From assembly GCA_002269645.1 (NCBI GenBank), contig NIVC01002319.1, forward strand, positions 1 to 35,163: a stretch of DNA of 35,163 nucleotides, in the 5' to 3' direction. The stretch is from Macrostomum lignano (lineage: Eukaryota). The notes under the pieces were generated by a model. It saw nothing but the letters and a program-made list of their open reading frames with translations, did no database searches and was not told the DNA's origin. The number at the start of each line of letters is the position of its first letter. The first letter of the stretch is position 1. Positions 17,426 through 29,400 of the stretch are shown here, piece after piece. The position numbers and the translations under genes are program-made.

Positions 17426-19529
17426 AAAGAAAAAGGGAAAAGAGGGAAAAGAGAAAAGTGAAGATAGATAGGAGAAAGCAAAGGCAAGAGAATAAGATGC
17501 AAGAGGAGAAGAAGAGAATAAAAACTTAAGAAAATGACTTTTTTATAAATATACTATGTGGTTAGGATGACAGGGCTAAAATTTAGATAAATATAGACCT
17601 AGCCATTCTTTTTATAGATTTATAGTACAAAATAAGACCCATTAATTTGAAATAGGTTGAATTTTAGAACTGAATATATTTAGATTCAGATCTAGGTCTA
17701 ATGTTTTTCAAAGTTAAAATAATTATAAGAAAAAATAGCTATAGTATATATATGCTATAGAAAGAGATTTAAATCTTTGGCTAGATCAATAAATACCCAG
17801 TATTCATAAAAAAAGTTGGTTATAGCAAGCCTCTACTTTTGTATGCATAATTGGAGTCATGGGACTAGTAGTATAACCAAAAAAATTCCAATGGGGGAAG
17901 GTGTATTTTAGAATTTAAAGACCCAGGGGTGGCTCTGCATTTTGGCAAAATTAGCTTGCCCCCCCCCTTTGGTTTTCTTTCTAGTTTACATCTGGGAGGG
18001 AGGCAACTACAAGTGTTAGTCATTTTATCTGCTAAGTAGATGAAAAGATTTCTATTTCTAAAACTGTTTGTCTATTGGGATAAAAAGGTGGGAACATGTA
18101 GTAAGATAGGAGATAGCCAACAATCTCTTTTTGATATTGTTAAAATACTGTAGGGGTTGGTCTTTTCAAATATAATAATCTACACTAGTTTATAAATTTA
18201 CAATAAGAAAGAAAGGTTTAAAGAGGGAGAGACATAATATGCAACAATACTAGATTTGAAATGACACAGAAGATGTCTTGCATATAAGAACTGTTGAATA
18301 AGAAAAATATTTTTGGATTTTTTTCTTTTGAAAATTTTCAACAGTTTTGGTTTAACTAGTTTCTAATCAAGCTTATTTTTCTTTCTATAGATAATATATA
18401 TTATCTACAGAAAGAAAAATATACAATCAAATAGTTTGTTAAAATAATGAAGCCCATAGTATTTTAACAATATAATTTGAGTTGTTTTTAAGTGGCTTCC
18501 TACCCTATTCCCATGCTAGTGGTAGACTTAGGGAGAGAGGCATAAGGCATGCACCCATTAGGTTAGAATTTTATGTTTTTTATATAAAAAATACATATTA
18601 TCATATACATGTGTACAATAGGGCATATATATGCTTTAGATTTTATACTAAGGAATGGACTTTGATAATGGCCCTATGCAGTGACACAATTAGGCAGGAG
18701 GTGGTTGCTAGTTTCTAGTTCATTTGTCTGCTGATAGTTTATCTGCTAAGTAGACAAAATGCCAGGTGTGGCATGGGATAGGTACAGATCCAAAAATATT
18801 TGAATATGAGGAGGCATAGATTACTAAGGTATATATATCAACAGAAATATATCTTCAGCAGTTGAACAATATGCTACTAGAAGCTATGTTTATTTGATCA
18901 AAATCATATGAAAATCTAATAAATAAAGGCCTAGGCTTAGGCTTAGAAATCATTTTTTAATTTGACAGTAGGCCTAAGCCTAGTTATTGCATATTAAAGG
19001 CTTACAAATCAATGTAAACCTTGATCAATTGTTATCATAACTTTTTAGATTATGAAAGTTTACTAGAAACAAGCCCCTCCTCCAAGAAAACCAATCAAAT
19101 TAAAAATCAAGTGATTCATGATTACTTGATAAGCTGACTTAAAAAAGACAATTTAAACAAAAAAATACTTTTTAGGCCCCCTATCTAAGCCACAATTAAA
19201 ATCAACAAAAATAGCTATCATATAAGATTGCCAAAAATTTTTAAAATAAATTTAGGTTTGTTTTTGGGAATTTCACATAGAGCAATGGGGCTACATTACG
19301 ATATGATAGCTATAGGCCTAGGGCTTGAAACAACAATTTGATAATAGGCCTAGCTATTACCAAATGAATTTTGTTTGTCACCAAAATGACAATCAGCAAA
19401 ATGACTATAATCCTTGCTTAGTTGTCAACATAGAACCAAACTGATGCAAATACATACATTTTTATCAGGGCCTGGCCTAGCATAGGCTATCACATTAGCC
19501 AGTTAGCCTAGGCCTAGCCCTAGCATAAT

Positions 19530-20445
19530 AAGTCTGTCGTATAGAGCTTGGTAGGCTTATAGATTGATGTAAAATATTGATCTATTGTTTTTGTTCTGAT
19601 ATATTTTTTACTTTAGCATGATCGCTATTATGGCGCCGGCGCCTAGGCAGTTGGAACTTGGAAGGAATTCTAAGAACTTAGGGCTAGCCTTGACCTTAGT
19701 CTTAGCGCTTAGGTAGGTCCAATGCAATCCAACTGCTCAATTGTTAAAGCGCTACACAAGTAAAAATAACAAGAAAAAATATCTGTAAGGCATATAAACA
19801 ACATCGCAAAAAGTATAAATTAGCTCTAGTAATTAGTATTATTATTATATATTAGATTTGTGATCGCATTGATGGCTGTAGATTATTATTGCCTAAATAC
19901 GACGCGATACGAAAAGCATGTCATTTTCAATTATTCGTCTTTTGGAATCACTGCTGCAAAATATTAAACGTTAAAAGTCTAAGATAGTCTACTCAATTTA
20001 TTGTGTTGCTTCTCTTTAATAAAAATAAGTTTTCAAAAGCATATTTTTAACACAATTTAGTTTTACCTCGAAGGCGATAAAATGTTTAGAACTCTACTCG
20101 TCAATTATTACGATTTCAATATTTTTCTTGTCGGTAATCCATTTATAAATTCCATCTGCTATATTAAATTCTAATCCTGTGGCTTAAGCAATATTGTCTG
20201 CAAATTTTCGCCAAGTTTTAGACTAAGAGAATTAAGAAGAGCTTATTTTGCAATGAAGAATTTCTAACCTCAATGCACGATGAGCAACTTGTTTGAGAGC
20301 ATCTCTACAAGGTAAGTTTACACAATAGGCCCTAGCAGAGCTGAGTTCAAAGAAATTAAACAATTCAGTGAATTCACTGCAATAATTCGCAGTTTGTAGG
20401 AATACTGTCGATTTCTTTTTAATGATCACTTACTCTTAAAAGCGA
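19530..20445. promoter_or_regulatory. CpG-retaining island, probable promoter/5' region of the BCOR-like gene (possibly bidirectional)
   Basis: About 25 CpG by manual count, versus 0 in 17130-19298 and 2 in 20446-22360. It contains the first coding exon (20280-20311), an acceptor at ~20220 and a candidate upstream donor TAG|GTAGGT at ~19712. Confidence 0.5.
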
Positions 20446-23400
20446 ATCATTGTGATTAAGTTAACATGAGTAGGCCTAATGTATCTCATTAATTTCATTG
20501 ACATTATTTTTTATTATGCCTTTTTTTGCCCTTGATTATCATAATTTTTGTACTTTAATTTGCTTTTAAGGTCTTATTTTAAAGATAATGCCTAAATTAA
20601 ATTTTTTTAATAAATACTTTGTAGAGTAGCAAGTCAATTTGCCAAAAGTCAATTTGCTAAAAGCAGGTTGTTTTGCCAAAAGTTGCCAAAAGAAATAAAT
20701 ACAATAAACAAATAAAGAAATATAATATTAAATGTTAAAATGCAAAACATTAAAATCAATCAATTATCCTATCCATAAACAAATAAATAAAGTAAAATAT
20801 AGAATGTTAAATGTTACAATATAAAACCATTTATGTTTTACAAATAAAGCAATAAAATATGTGTATATTATGGCGTACTATTTAAACAATAGCCTACAAA
20901 TTTCAAGGATTTGCTACTTTATCATATTAATATACTAAACAATTCATCATTGTAGGCCAATATTATTTCATTATTGATTAATGATTTATTGAATAAAAGA
21001 AAAGTAAAAGGCCTAATAAATATTTTATAATAGTATATTGCTTATTTATTTAAAAAATGTCTTTCTTAAGAAGAAAAAGTTTCTTTTGATATATATTGGC
21101 TTAACTATTATATAGCATTTATGTAGCAGTTATTGCATAAAAAATATTGTAAATATTATAAATATTTTTTATAAAATTAAGTGTACCAACAAAAAGTGTT
21201 TTGTAATTGTAATCAATAAAAAATTCTCAATAGTGACAGCTAAAAAATCAAACTCACAACCTTACACACTTGACCCCAAGTATTATACCATAATGCTAGA
21301 ATAAACTTGTTAGTATTATTGCTAATATCACTATTGGAATTAGTAGGTATCAATATTCTAATCCAGTTTTCAGTGAATTGACTTTAGTAAAAAGGTTTTT
21401 GGCAAATCATCTAATATTCCTTTGTAGGCCCCTATCACTTTAAGAAAAAAGTTTATATTATATTTTTTATCTATGGGTATAAATTGTTTTAAAAAGGTTA
21501 TTTCTAATATTTTAATAACAAAAAATAACAATCAATGACAAGTTGCTTTTATGATAGACATTTCACTATTGGTAAAAATGGAAAATTTTAGTGAGTTGGT
21601 TATTATAGTGACAATAAGTACCTTATAATATAAATTTGTAAAAAAATTTAAAATAAATTTTATATATTTCAATATTTTATCATCTTATACTTTTAGAAAA
21701 ATAATTCAAACTAGCCTATTATATAGTTTTGTTTTTGTATAAATCATTTTGAATTTGTCCGAAAATATTAAAACTTGTATATAGTAGAAAATTCTTCATG
21801 AAATTCTTCCTCTTCTTACTTTTTTGCCTTTTTCCTTTTTCTTTTCTTTTCCTATCTTATCTATCATCTTGTCTTTTCATTCCTTTCTTTTTTGTTCTCT
21901 TCTCTTTCTTTCTTTCCTTTTTTATTCTTTTCCCTTTCTCTTTTCTCTCTTTTTCTTTTTCCCTTCTCATTGCTTCACTTTTCTTTTTCTTTCCTTTCTC
22001 CCAATCTCTTTCTTCTCCCCTTTTCTGTCTTCTTTTTTCCTTTTTGGATATTTTCTTTCACCTCTTATCCTTTTTTTCTCTTTTTTTCTTTTTTCTTTTT
22101 TCTCTTTAAGTAAGTAGTATAAAAGTAACTAGTAGTAATAAAGCTAATCATATATCAAAATATACATTAGAATAAATTTCACATTTAAATCTGGGATTCA
22201 GGGTTTCAAAAGGTGCCATGCAACATGTGGAACTTTAATAGAAATTAGTGCAGTATAATAAACTAGTTGTGGGCCCAATTGTGTTCATATTATCTCTATA
22301 TATAAAAATCAAAACTGTATCTGTCTGTGTGTGGACAATTTTGATCTCTATGGACTCCCAAACCGCTCAACCAAATGATACCAAACTTTACACCCACCCT
22401 AAACTTACTACGGAGAATGTCTTAGGCTACCTTTAAATTTCCTAGACTTAAGTCTTCCTACCTAAAAGTACAAAAAACTGCTCAAAATGCACAATTTTTT
22501 CACTTAATCCTCCATAGCGCCGCTCCACTTCTACCGATTCTTTTCAAATTTGAAACAGATAATCTTCAACTATTTTGGCACAATCATGTAAAATTTTGAG
22601 TCTCAAAGTTAATCCTGAGCGGTGCTGTGCACTTTTAAAGTTGGGCTGTTTTTTTCAGCATAGCAACCACCCCAACCTCCGCCCGCCTGCCTCTCTTTCC
22701 CAATCCCAATCTGGGCCCAGATGTGTAAAAGGGTTTCAAAATTGACTAACTTTCAGCTGCCATAAGTTTGCTCCACGTAAAGCGATTGACTTCAAACTTG
22801 ACACAATTCTTCATTGACTCATTCTCTATCTAAATGTAAAGTTTCAACTCTGTAACTCAACCGAAAAAGAAACTGTAAGCAATGTGAAGTTTGTCTGCTT
22901 TTTCTGTTGTTTGTGCCACTCACTCACTCATTCCTCCAGCCCAGACGAAGGGTCAGGCGATAGGGCTGAATGTACATAGCAAATGTACAGTGTTTTGGAA
23001 TAACTTTTTAATAGCCTTCTCTGCACCCCCGCGCGTGGAGAGGCTACGTTTAGCCATAACAGTTTAGTGAGAAATTCTAACCACTGCCCTCCCCTCTGTA
23101 TTGGCAAACTCTGCACCTGCAGCAGTTTAACAGTGGATGGCATTGGCCATTGGCAAATCGAGGGAATCCACTATCCAGCATGGTTTGTTAAAGCGAAAGA
23201 TTTATGAAAAGGCGATGCGATGCAATGCAATACAACCCTACTAAATTAGGCACACCATGAAATTTTAAGTTTCTTTTAAAGGTACTGTGTAAATTTTAAG
23301 TGGCCTCCTAAGAAATGCGTATTTCCTTGCTTGTTAGACTGATGCAGACTGCAGTGAAGTTGAAGATACACAAATTCCTTTCAGGGCTGCAACTGCAAAT

Positions 23401-26400
23401 TGGCAAGAAAGATGACGGGATCTAAGCATGAGAACAACCATGAGAGTACTACGTCCCACAAACTGGCTTTCCAAACAGGGATGGTCAGACTTTTACCTTG
23501 AAGGCCAGATAAAGAATCCAGCTCATGACTGAGGGCTGAGGGGCAGATGAAAGTGGAAAGAAGAAGGAATAGACGATTCGAAGAGAGAAGAGGCGACAGA
23601 GGGGATAAAAGAAAAGATAATAGGAGAGATGAGGGGGTGAGGACGATGAGAGAGAGGGGGAGAAGAGGGGAGAGAGGAAAAGCGAGAGGAGAGAGGAAAA
23701 GCGAGAGGAGAGAAGAGAGAGTAGAGATGAGAGAGCAGAGAGCTGCAGATGAGAGGAGGGAGGAGACAGCAGAGAGGAGAGCAGAGAGGAGAGAGGTGAA
23801 AGAAGAGATGAGAGAATAAAGGGAAGAGAGAAGAGATAAAGATACATCTCTACATCTCTAAGGTTGTAGAGATGAGAGAGGAGAGTGGAGAGAGAGAAGA
23901 GAGGGAGAGAGAGTATAGAAAAGGGAAGAGAAGAGAAAAGAAGAAAGGAGAAAGGAAAGTAAGGAGTCAAAAGAGGGGAAAGAAAAGAGTACAGAGGAGA
24001 GAGGTGAGAGAACATATAAGACGGAGATGCCAGATTAAAGAGGGGGATGAGAGAGCAGAGACGAGAGTGAACAGATGAAAGATGGGAGAGTAGAGAGAAC
24101 AGAGGAGAGTTTACAGAGACGAGAGGAGAGAGGAGAGACAAAGGTAGAGAAGTGAGTGAGGAGAGGAAAGGAAAGAGGAGAATGGAAAGGGGAGAGAGTA
24201 GAGAGAGGAGGAGAGATAAGAGAGAAAGACAGAGAAGAAAGAGAGAGAGAGAGAGAGAGAGAGGTGGGAGCAGAGAGAAATGAGAAGAGATAACACAGAG
24301 AAAAGATAAAAGAAGAGAAAGGAAAGATGAGAGAGCAAAGACGAAAGAGAAAAGAGGTGAGGGAAGATACGAGATAAGAGGGGAGAGAGGAGAGACGAGG
24401 GACGAGAGAGAAGAGAGGAAACAGAAGAGACGATAGAAATTTTAAAGGATCCAAGGGACATAGGGAGAGTCAGGGAGAGGCCAGAGTTTGCCAATACCGG
24501 TACATGTTTTAGAGTCAGACAGACATTGCCTGACATTCTGCGCAGTACCCCAGCCAACAATGTCTCAAACCCTAATTTTACACGAATGTGCTGCTCCATT
24601 TTATGTCTACCTCTATCCTACTAACTATTAACAAGTTTTTGTTTGTGTATGGCCTTAGATTTCAGAATACATGCAAAATTTAGTTTCAGGTATTGGAATT
24701 CCCCGGGTTCAAAATCCGCGGGTTTCAACAGCTTGTAACACTTTTTATAAAAATAATAATAAAAGTTAGTCCTGGGATTCAAGACCCTAAATCCCAGGAC
24801 TAGAAATCCTAGGATTTGGGCCCAATCCCGGGATTTTGGGATCCTGGGATTGCAATCCCTAATCTTTACCTTTTCCCTTTTTCCTTTCTTCTTTTTCAAC
24901 TCTTCTTTTGTCTTTCCCTTTTTTTCTACTTTACTCTTTCCTTTTTACTTTCTGTTCTCTTTCCTCTTTTCTCTCCTCTTTTTTATCTCCTTTTCTTTCT
25001 TGTCTTTTTCCTCTATTCTTATTCTTTCTTCTCTCTTCCTCTTGTCTTTGATCTCACTCTTCTTTTCTATCCTCTTCTTTTCTCCTATTGCATCTGTTGC
25101 CTCTTATCTGTTTGCTCACCTTTAATCTTTTATTCGTTCTTCTTAAAGGTGATAAAATTGAGAGAATGAGAATGAGAGAAAAATGGGAGTGAGAGAAAAG
25201 AGCAAAGTGGGGGGATAGGAGAAATAAAAGTTAAGAGAAGCAAGAGAAAGGGAAAAAAGTGAAAGCAAAAGAGTGTCAATTGAGGATAGGGGAGAAAAAA
25301 TGTAAAGAGAAAAAAGGGTTAGGACAAAAACAGATGGTAAAGAAAAGTGAAGGCAAGAAGCTAGAAAAGAAGATAGAGAAAAAATTATAAAGACACAAAC
25401 CTTGTTAATTGTGAAATTTCAAAGGGCCTGGGGCTGGGCCAGATATGGCTTTTGGTCAGAAGGTTTTGGCCAATGCTGATTAATTTAAACCAGTGGCAGT
25501 ATTGCAACACAGAAAGCCTGATCATTTATAAATTGATCCAGGTTGATGTGCTCACTATTTTCTTTTGTATTAGTAACTTCAATTTTTTTAAATGATTTTC
25601 TAGCACCTAGTATATAACCATTTAAGTACTAAAGCTTATTTTCTTAATTTTAGATCTGAATTGGAGATAGCTCCAACTGATCTGTACCATGATCAACGTG
25701 CATCATCGAGCAAGGCTTCAGCACCTGATGTTACCAGCCGAAATGAAGACTCGCGTGTCTCAATCAATGACAAGCGTCCTGTCAAGAGAGATCTTCTGTC
25801 ATTTATGTCTCAAAAGGTATTCATTCTACTGATATATTTGTATATTTACTCTAGGCTTTAACATGCTTAGACCAATTAGTCAAAAAGGCAGTAAGAGCGT
25901 CTACCTTTCATCAAAAGGTTAATTTAGGAATAAGAACAAAAGTATAAGTTTTCCTTCTTATCCAGTACTTCATTATTTGATAGATAATTAGATTTCCAGT
26001 TTATGAAACATCATATAGTCTTATTTTCCATCCGAACTGTAAGAATCGTCCAAAGACAAAAGATTGTGTTGACAAACATGCATGACTTCCATGCATGTTT
26101 GTTACTGAGTGCTAATCTAATGTATAATATTTTTTTAATAATTTGGATTGTGCAATGTAAATTGGCCTGTGCATTACTAGGGACAGCCAAGGGTGGCAGT
26201 GGTCGACTGTATGGCTTAATTATATGGATTCTCGGAATTCCGTACAAAAATATCTTCAGAAAAAACTACCCGCTTTAATACTTTAGGTTATGGGAACGAG
26301 CTCAGTCGAACGTAAAGTTTCTGACGTCCACAATTCCGCCGTTCAAAGAAAGCTGAGTGGTGCAGAGGAGCTGGATCGTACTGATCACACTAGTCCTGCA

Positions 26401-29400
26401 GATACACAGTGTGAAAAACCAGATAACGACCACAACGTCTGTAACGCAGATTCTCATCCCTCTAGGGACGTTTTTGGCCAAGATGTGATTCACTTTTTGT
26501 CAGAGGAGTATGGAAGTACTTATCAGTCACAGCTTGACATGTCAGCTATTATGAATACAACGCTTGCACAGCAAAAAGAATGTTTTGAGTCTCGCACTGT
26601 TTCGGGAAGTTCAGATTTAGCAGCAGTGCAAACCTCACTGCCAGTAGCGCCAATCAGTCAAACTGAATCAACGACAGTTTTGCGAAACTGCGCTGGAGCT
26701 TCTGCTAGTGACTCGCATGTTGAAACTGATGAATTTTGTGCAGATGACTCTGAGTCCAGTCTAGATGCACTCAATATCATCTCGGCGGTTGAAAGCTTCA
26801 GTTCGGCTATTGACCAGGAAACTGAAGATGGTGTTTCATTCATGAATAAACCGAAGACAACACTGAAACCTTCTAAGATTGAGTTTTCTGTGTCTCAGTC
26901 AACATCGACTTATCACAAGTGGAAATCGTCTGTTAGCGTTCCGGAAGAACTTGTGCGGAAGCTGCCTAAACCTGCTGTTCAGCCAAGGTTGCCCCCAGAA
27001 CTGGCTCAAAGTCATTCGGGACCACACGTTCTGAAGTCAAGTCTGAACATCGATTTCAAGAAGCAAGCAACCACTAAGGCGGAACTGAGATTTAATTCAT
27101 TGACTGTTGAAAAGCAAGATTGTCCATCAATCAGGGAAAACCCTCCTGATGAATCCAAACGCGAAAAGCCTCCAGTAAAGCTTGTCATTAAGACGCTCTC
27201 TCGTGAATCAAAGCCTCAAAGGGTTGTCATCGTCTCCTGCTCCAGTTCAGTTCGTCGAGAGACCACTAATCATTCAAATGATGACAGCGATTCAGACTCG
27301 TGTGGTCGAAATTCAACTGGCTATGGTGCTACACAAGCAAATCAAGGTGTATCGGCGCCTGTTTCACAATCTCAAGCCTCCACAGAAAAAAATTCCGGTT
27401 CTAGCACAACTAACCAAGGTGGCACGGAGCAATCACGCTCACTTTGCTTTTGTTCAATGCAGCCAGTTGTGAAAATTTCAGCAATTGATTCAATGGCTCC
27501 GCCACTTAGTGACAAAGTCTTATCATTTCGGAGCTCTGCACCATCAACTTGGGGTTCCTTGCAAGATTTATTTCATCGCGCTTGTATCGCTCAGCAGCCC
27601 TCGGGTAAGTCTCAGACTTCGGTCGCACTTAAAGCGCAGACTGCCACAGATAAAAAGACTAAGTCAATGCAAAGTACTCCCGCAGAGCTAAAGCGATTGT
27701 CAGATTCGACTGGCTTTTGCGCTTTTGCCAACATCCCTGACAAGCGCGAATCTACAAAGATTGCAGCTCTTTACCAGCACACCCTTCTGGCTCAAAGTCA
27801 AATCCGTCAAAAAGACTGCTTGAGGCCGGATTCCTTGCTGGCAGATAATTTAACTGAAGTCCAGAAGTCTATGCCTCCGAAGTCTAAGTCAGCTGTCAGA
27901 AAAGGGACTTCGCGCATGCTAATTTCAAATGAAATATTTTCGTCTAAAAAGCATTCAAACCGTATTCGACGTCAGATTCGAGTCAAACGACGCTCCAAGT
28001 TTCGCCATTTGCGTGCTGTCCAAGGCTTTCAAGTTCAACCACCAAAATTTGTTAACAAAGAGCCCAGAGCGCATAAACATATTAAACCAAAGCAGCTTGA
28101 CCCTTTAGTCGCAGCCTCCTTCCGACGAGGAACTCAAGAGCCAACGGTAGACCACTTTGGCCGTTCTTCCCTGCATATTGCCATGGATACTACTGATGAG
28201 GCAACCCTAAATTTTGTTGTCAATGTTTACAAGGAAAACGATGACCTCGACTGCAAGGATAATGAAGGTTTGACACCGCTAATGTTAGCATGCCGAAATG
28301 GTAACAGCAAAGCTGCATCGTTGCTGCTGTCTGCTGGTGCTTCAAGCAGCGAAACCTTTCCAGTATCAGGTAACACACTGCTCCACGAGGCTGTTTTGCA
28401 GTCGAATCTTCCTTTAGTTAAAAGTCTCGTTGACTTTGGTGCTGATCTCATGACCAAAAACGCAAAAGGTTTCTGTGCGATGGACTTGTCTACCTCTACA
28501 GAGATATCGGAGTTTCTAAGGCCAATTTCAGACTACTGTTTGCGTTATGAATCATCAAAGATTCGAATTATCCATTCCGAAAGAAAACTTCCAACGATTT
28601 ATCTTTTAAGTTTGCTAGATGATCATGGGTCGAAAGGAGCACCATGTGTGATTAAGTCAGAGCTCTGCAACTCGCTTGGAGTGTCACCTGAGTATTTTGA
28701 CGTCCACTATAGTGGAAAAATGACGAGCCATGTTATGGACAATTCTGTTATTCTTGGAAGAATTATCAATCCTCACCTCAAAGAGTCGTTTGAGCTTTCA
28801 ACAAGAACGTCATCGAGTACTACACTTATAGAAGTCAACGAATTCTTTTTCCGCATGTTTCACGAGTACACCTTCAGTGAAAAGAGGAGTCGTACGCATA
28901 CTGAGCAGCAGCAGCCGAATCAACAGATCGAGCAGAATTCATCATCAGACACGGACGAAATGACCGACGACCATCTCTCTGAGCAAGACGAGTGTGAGAT
29001 TCGTAAAGACGATGTTCAAGAGATCCACCGAAGCCTTAAAAAGTTCACTTTTCTAGAACGGAAGCAACGAGCAAAGCAAAATCAAAGATTGGTAAAGTCG
29101 TCCTCTTTTTCCTCCAATGGCATAGCTGATTCGACTGAAAAGCCTGGCCTCAATCGTCGAGACACCAAACCTGCAGATCAAACTTCCGAAGCATGTCCAG
29201 TGGTAGAGACTGGCATGATAAAAATCAGTGCACCAACTAGTACATCGACTGTCTCAGAATCATCTGCTATAGCTTCGTTTTCGCTTGAGTCATCGAATAT
29301 AAGTGTAAAGAGCGAGCCAATTGAAATTCCAGCTTCAGAGGAAGAACAACAGTTTGTTAGTGGTCCTGAACAGCTTCAGCGAAAAAAATGCGCCTCCAGA

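Larger units (their letters stand above)
23476..25478 (+). mobile_element. Old hAT-like non-autonomous element shell filled with purine/pyrimidine low-complexity DNA
   Basis: Left end CAGGGATGGTCAGACTTTT...GGCCAGAT. Right end GGGCCAGATATGGC...GGTTTTGGCCAATGCTG (25437-25478) resembles the decayed GGGCCGGAT.TGGCCC..GTTTG.CCA.CCCTG end of hAT MITEs. The flanks TTTCCAAA / ATTAATTT do not form a TSD, so pairing of the ends is unproven. Confidence 0.4.

Noticed and set aside
21798-25169. F/S/L-rich and E/R-rich ORFs as membrane or charged proteins
   Set aside because: Products of purine/pyrimidine low-complexity DNA inside a predicted intron.
26003-26278. 91-aa ORF just before the large exon
   Set aside because: It lies within predicted intron 25817-26286; the flanking exons join in phase without it.
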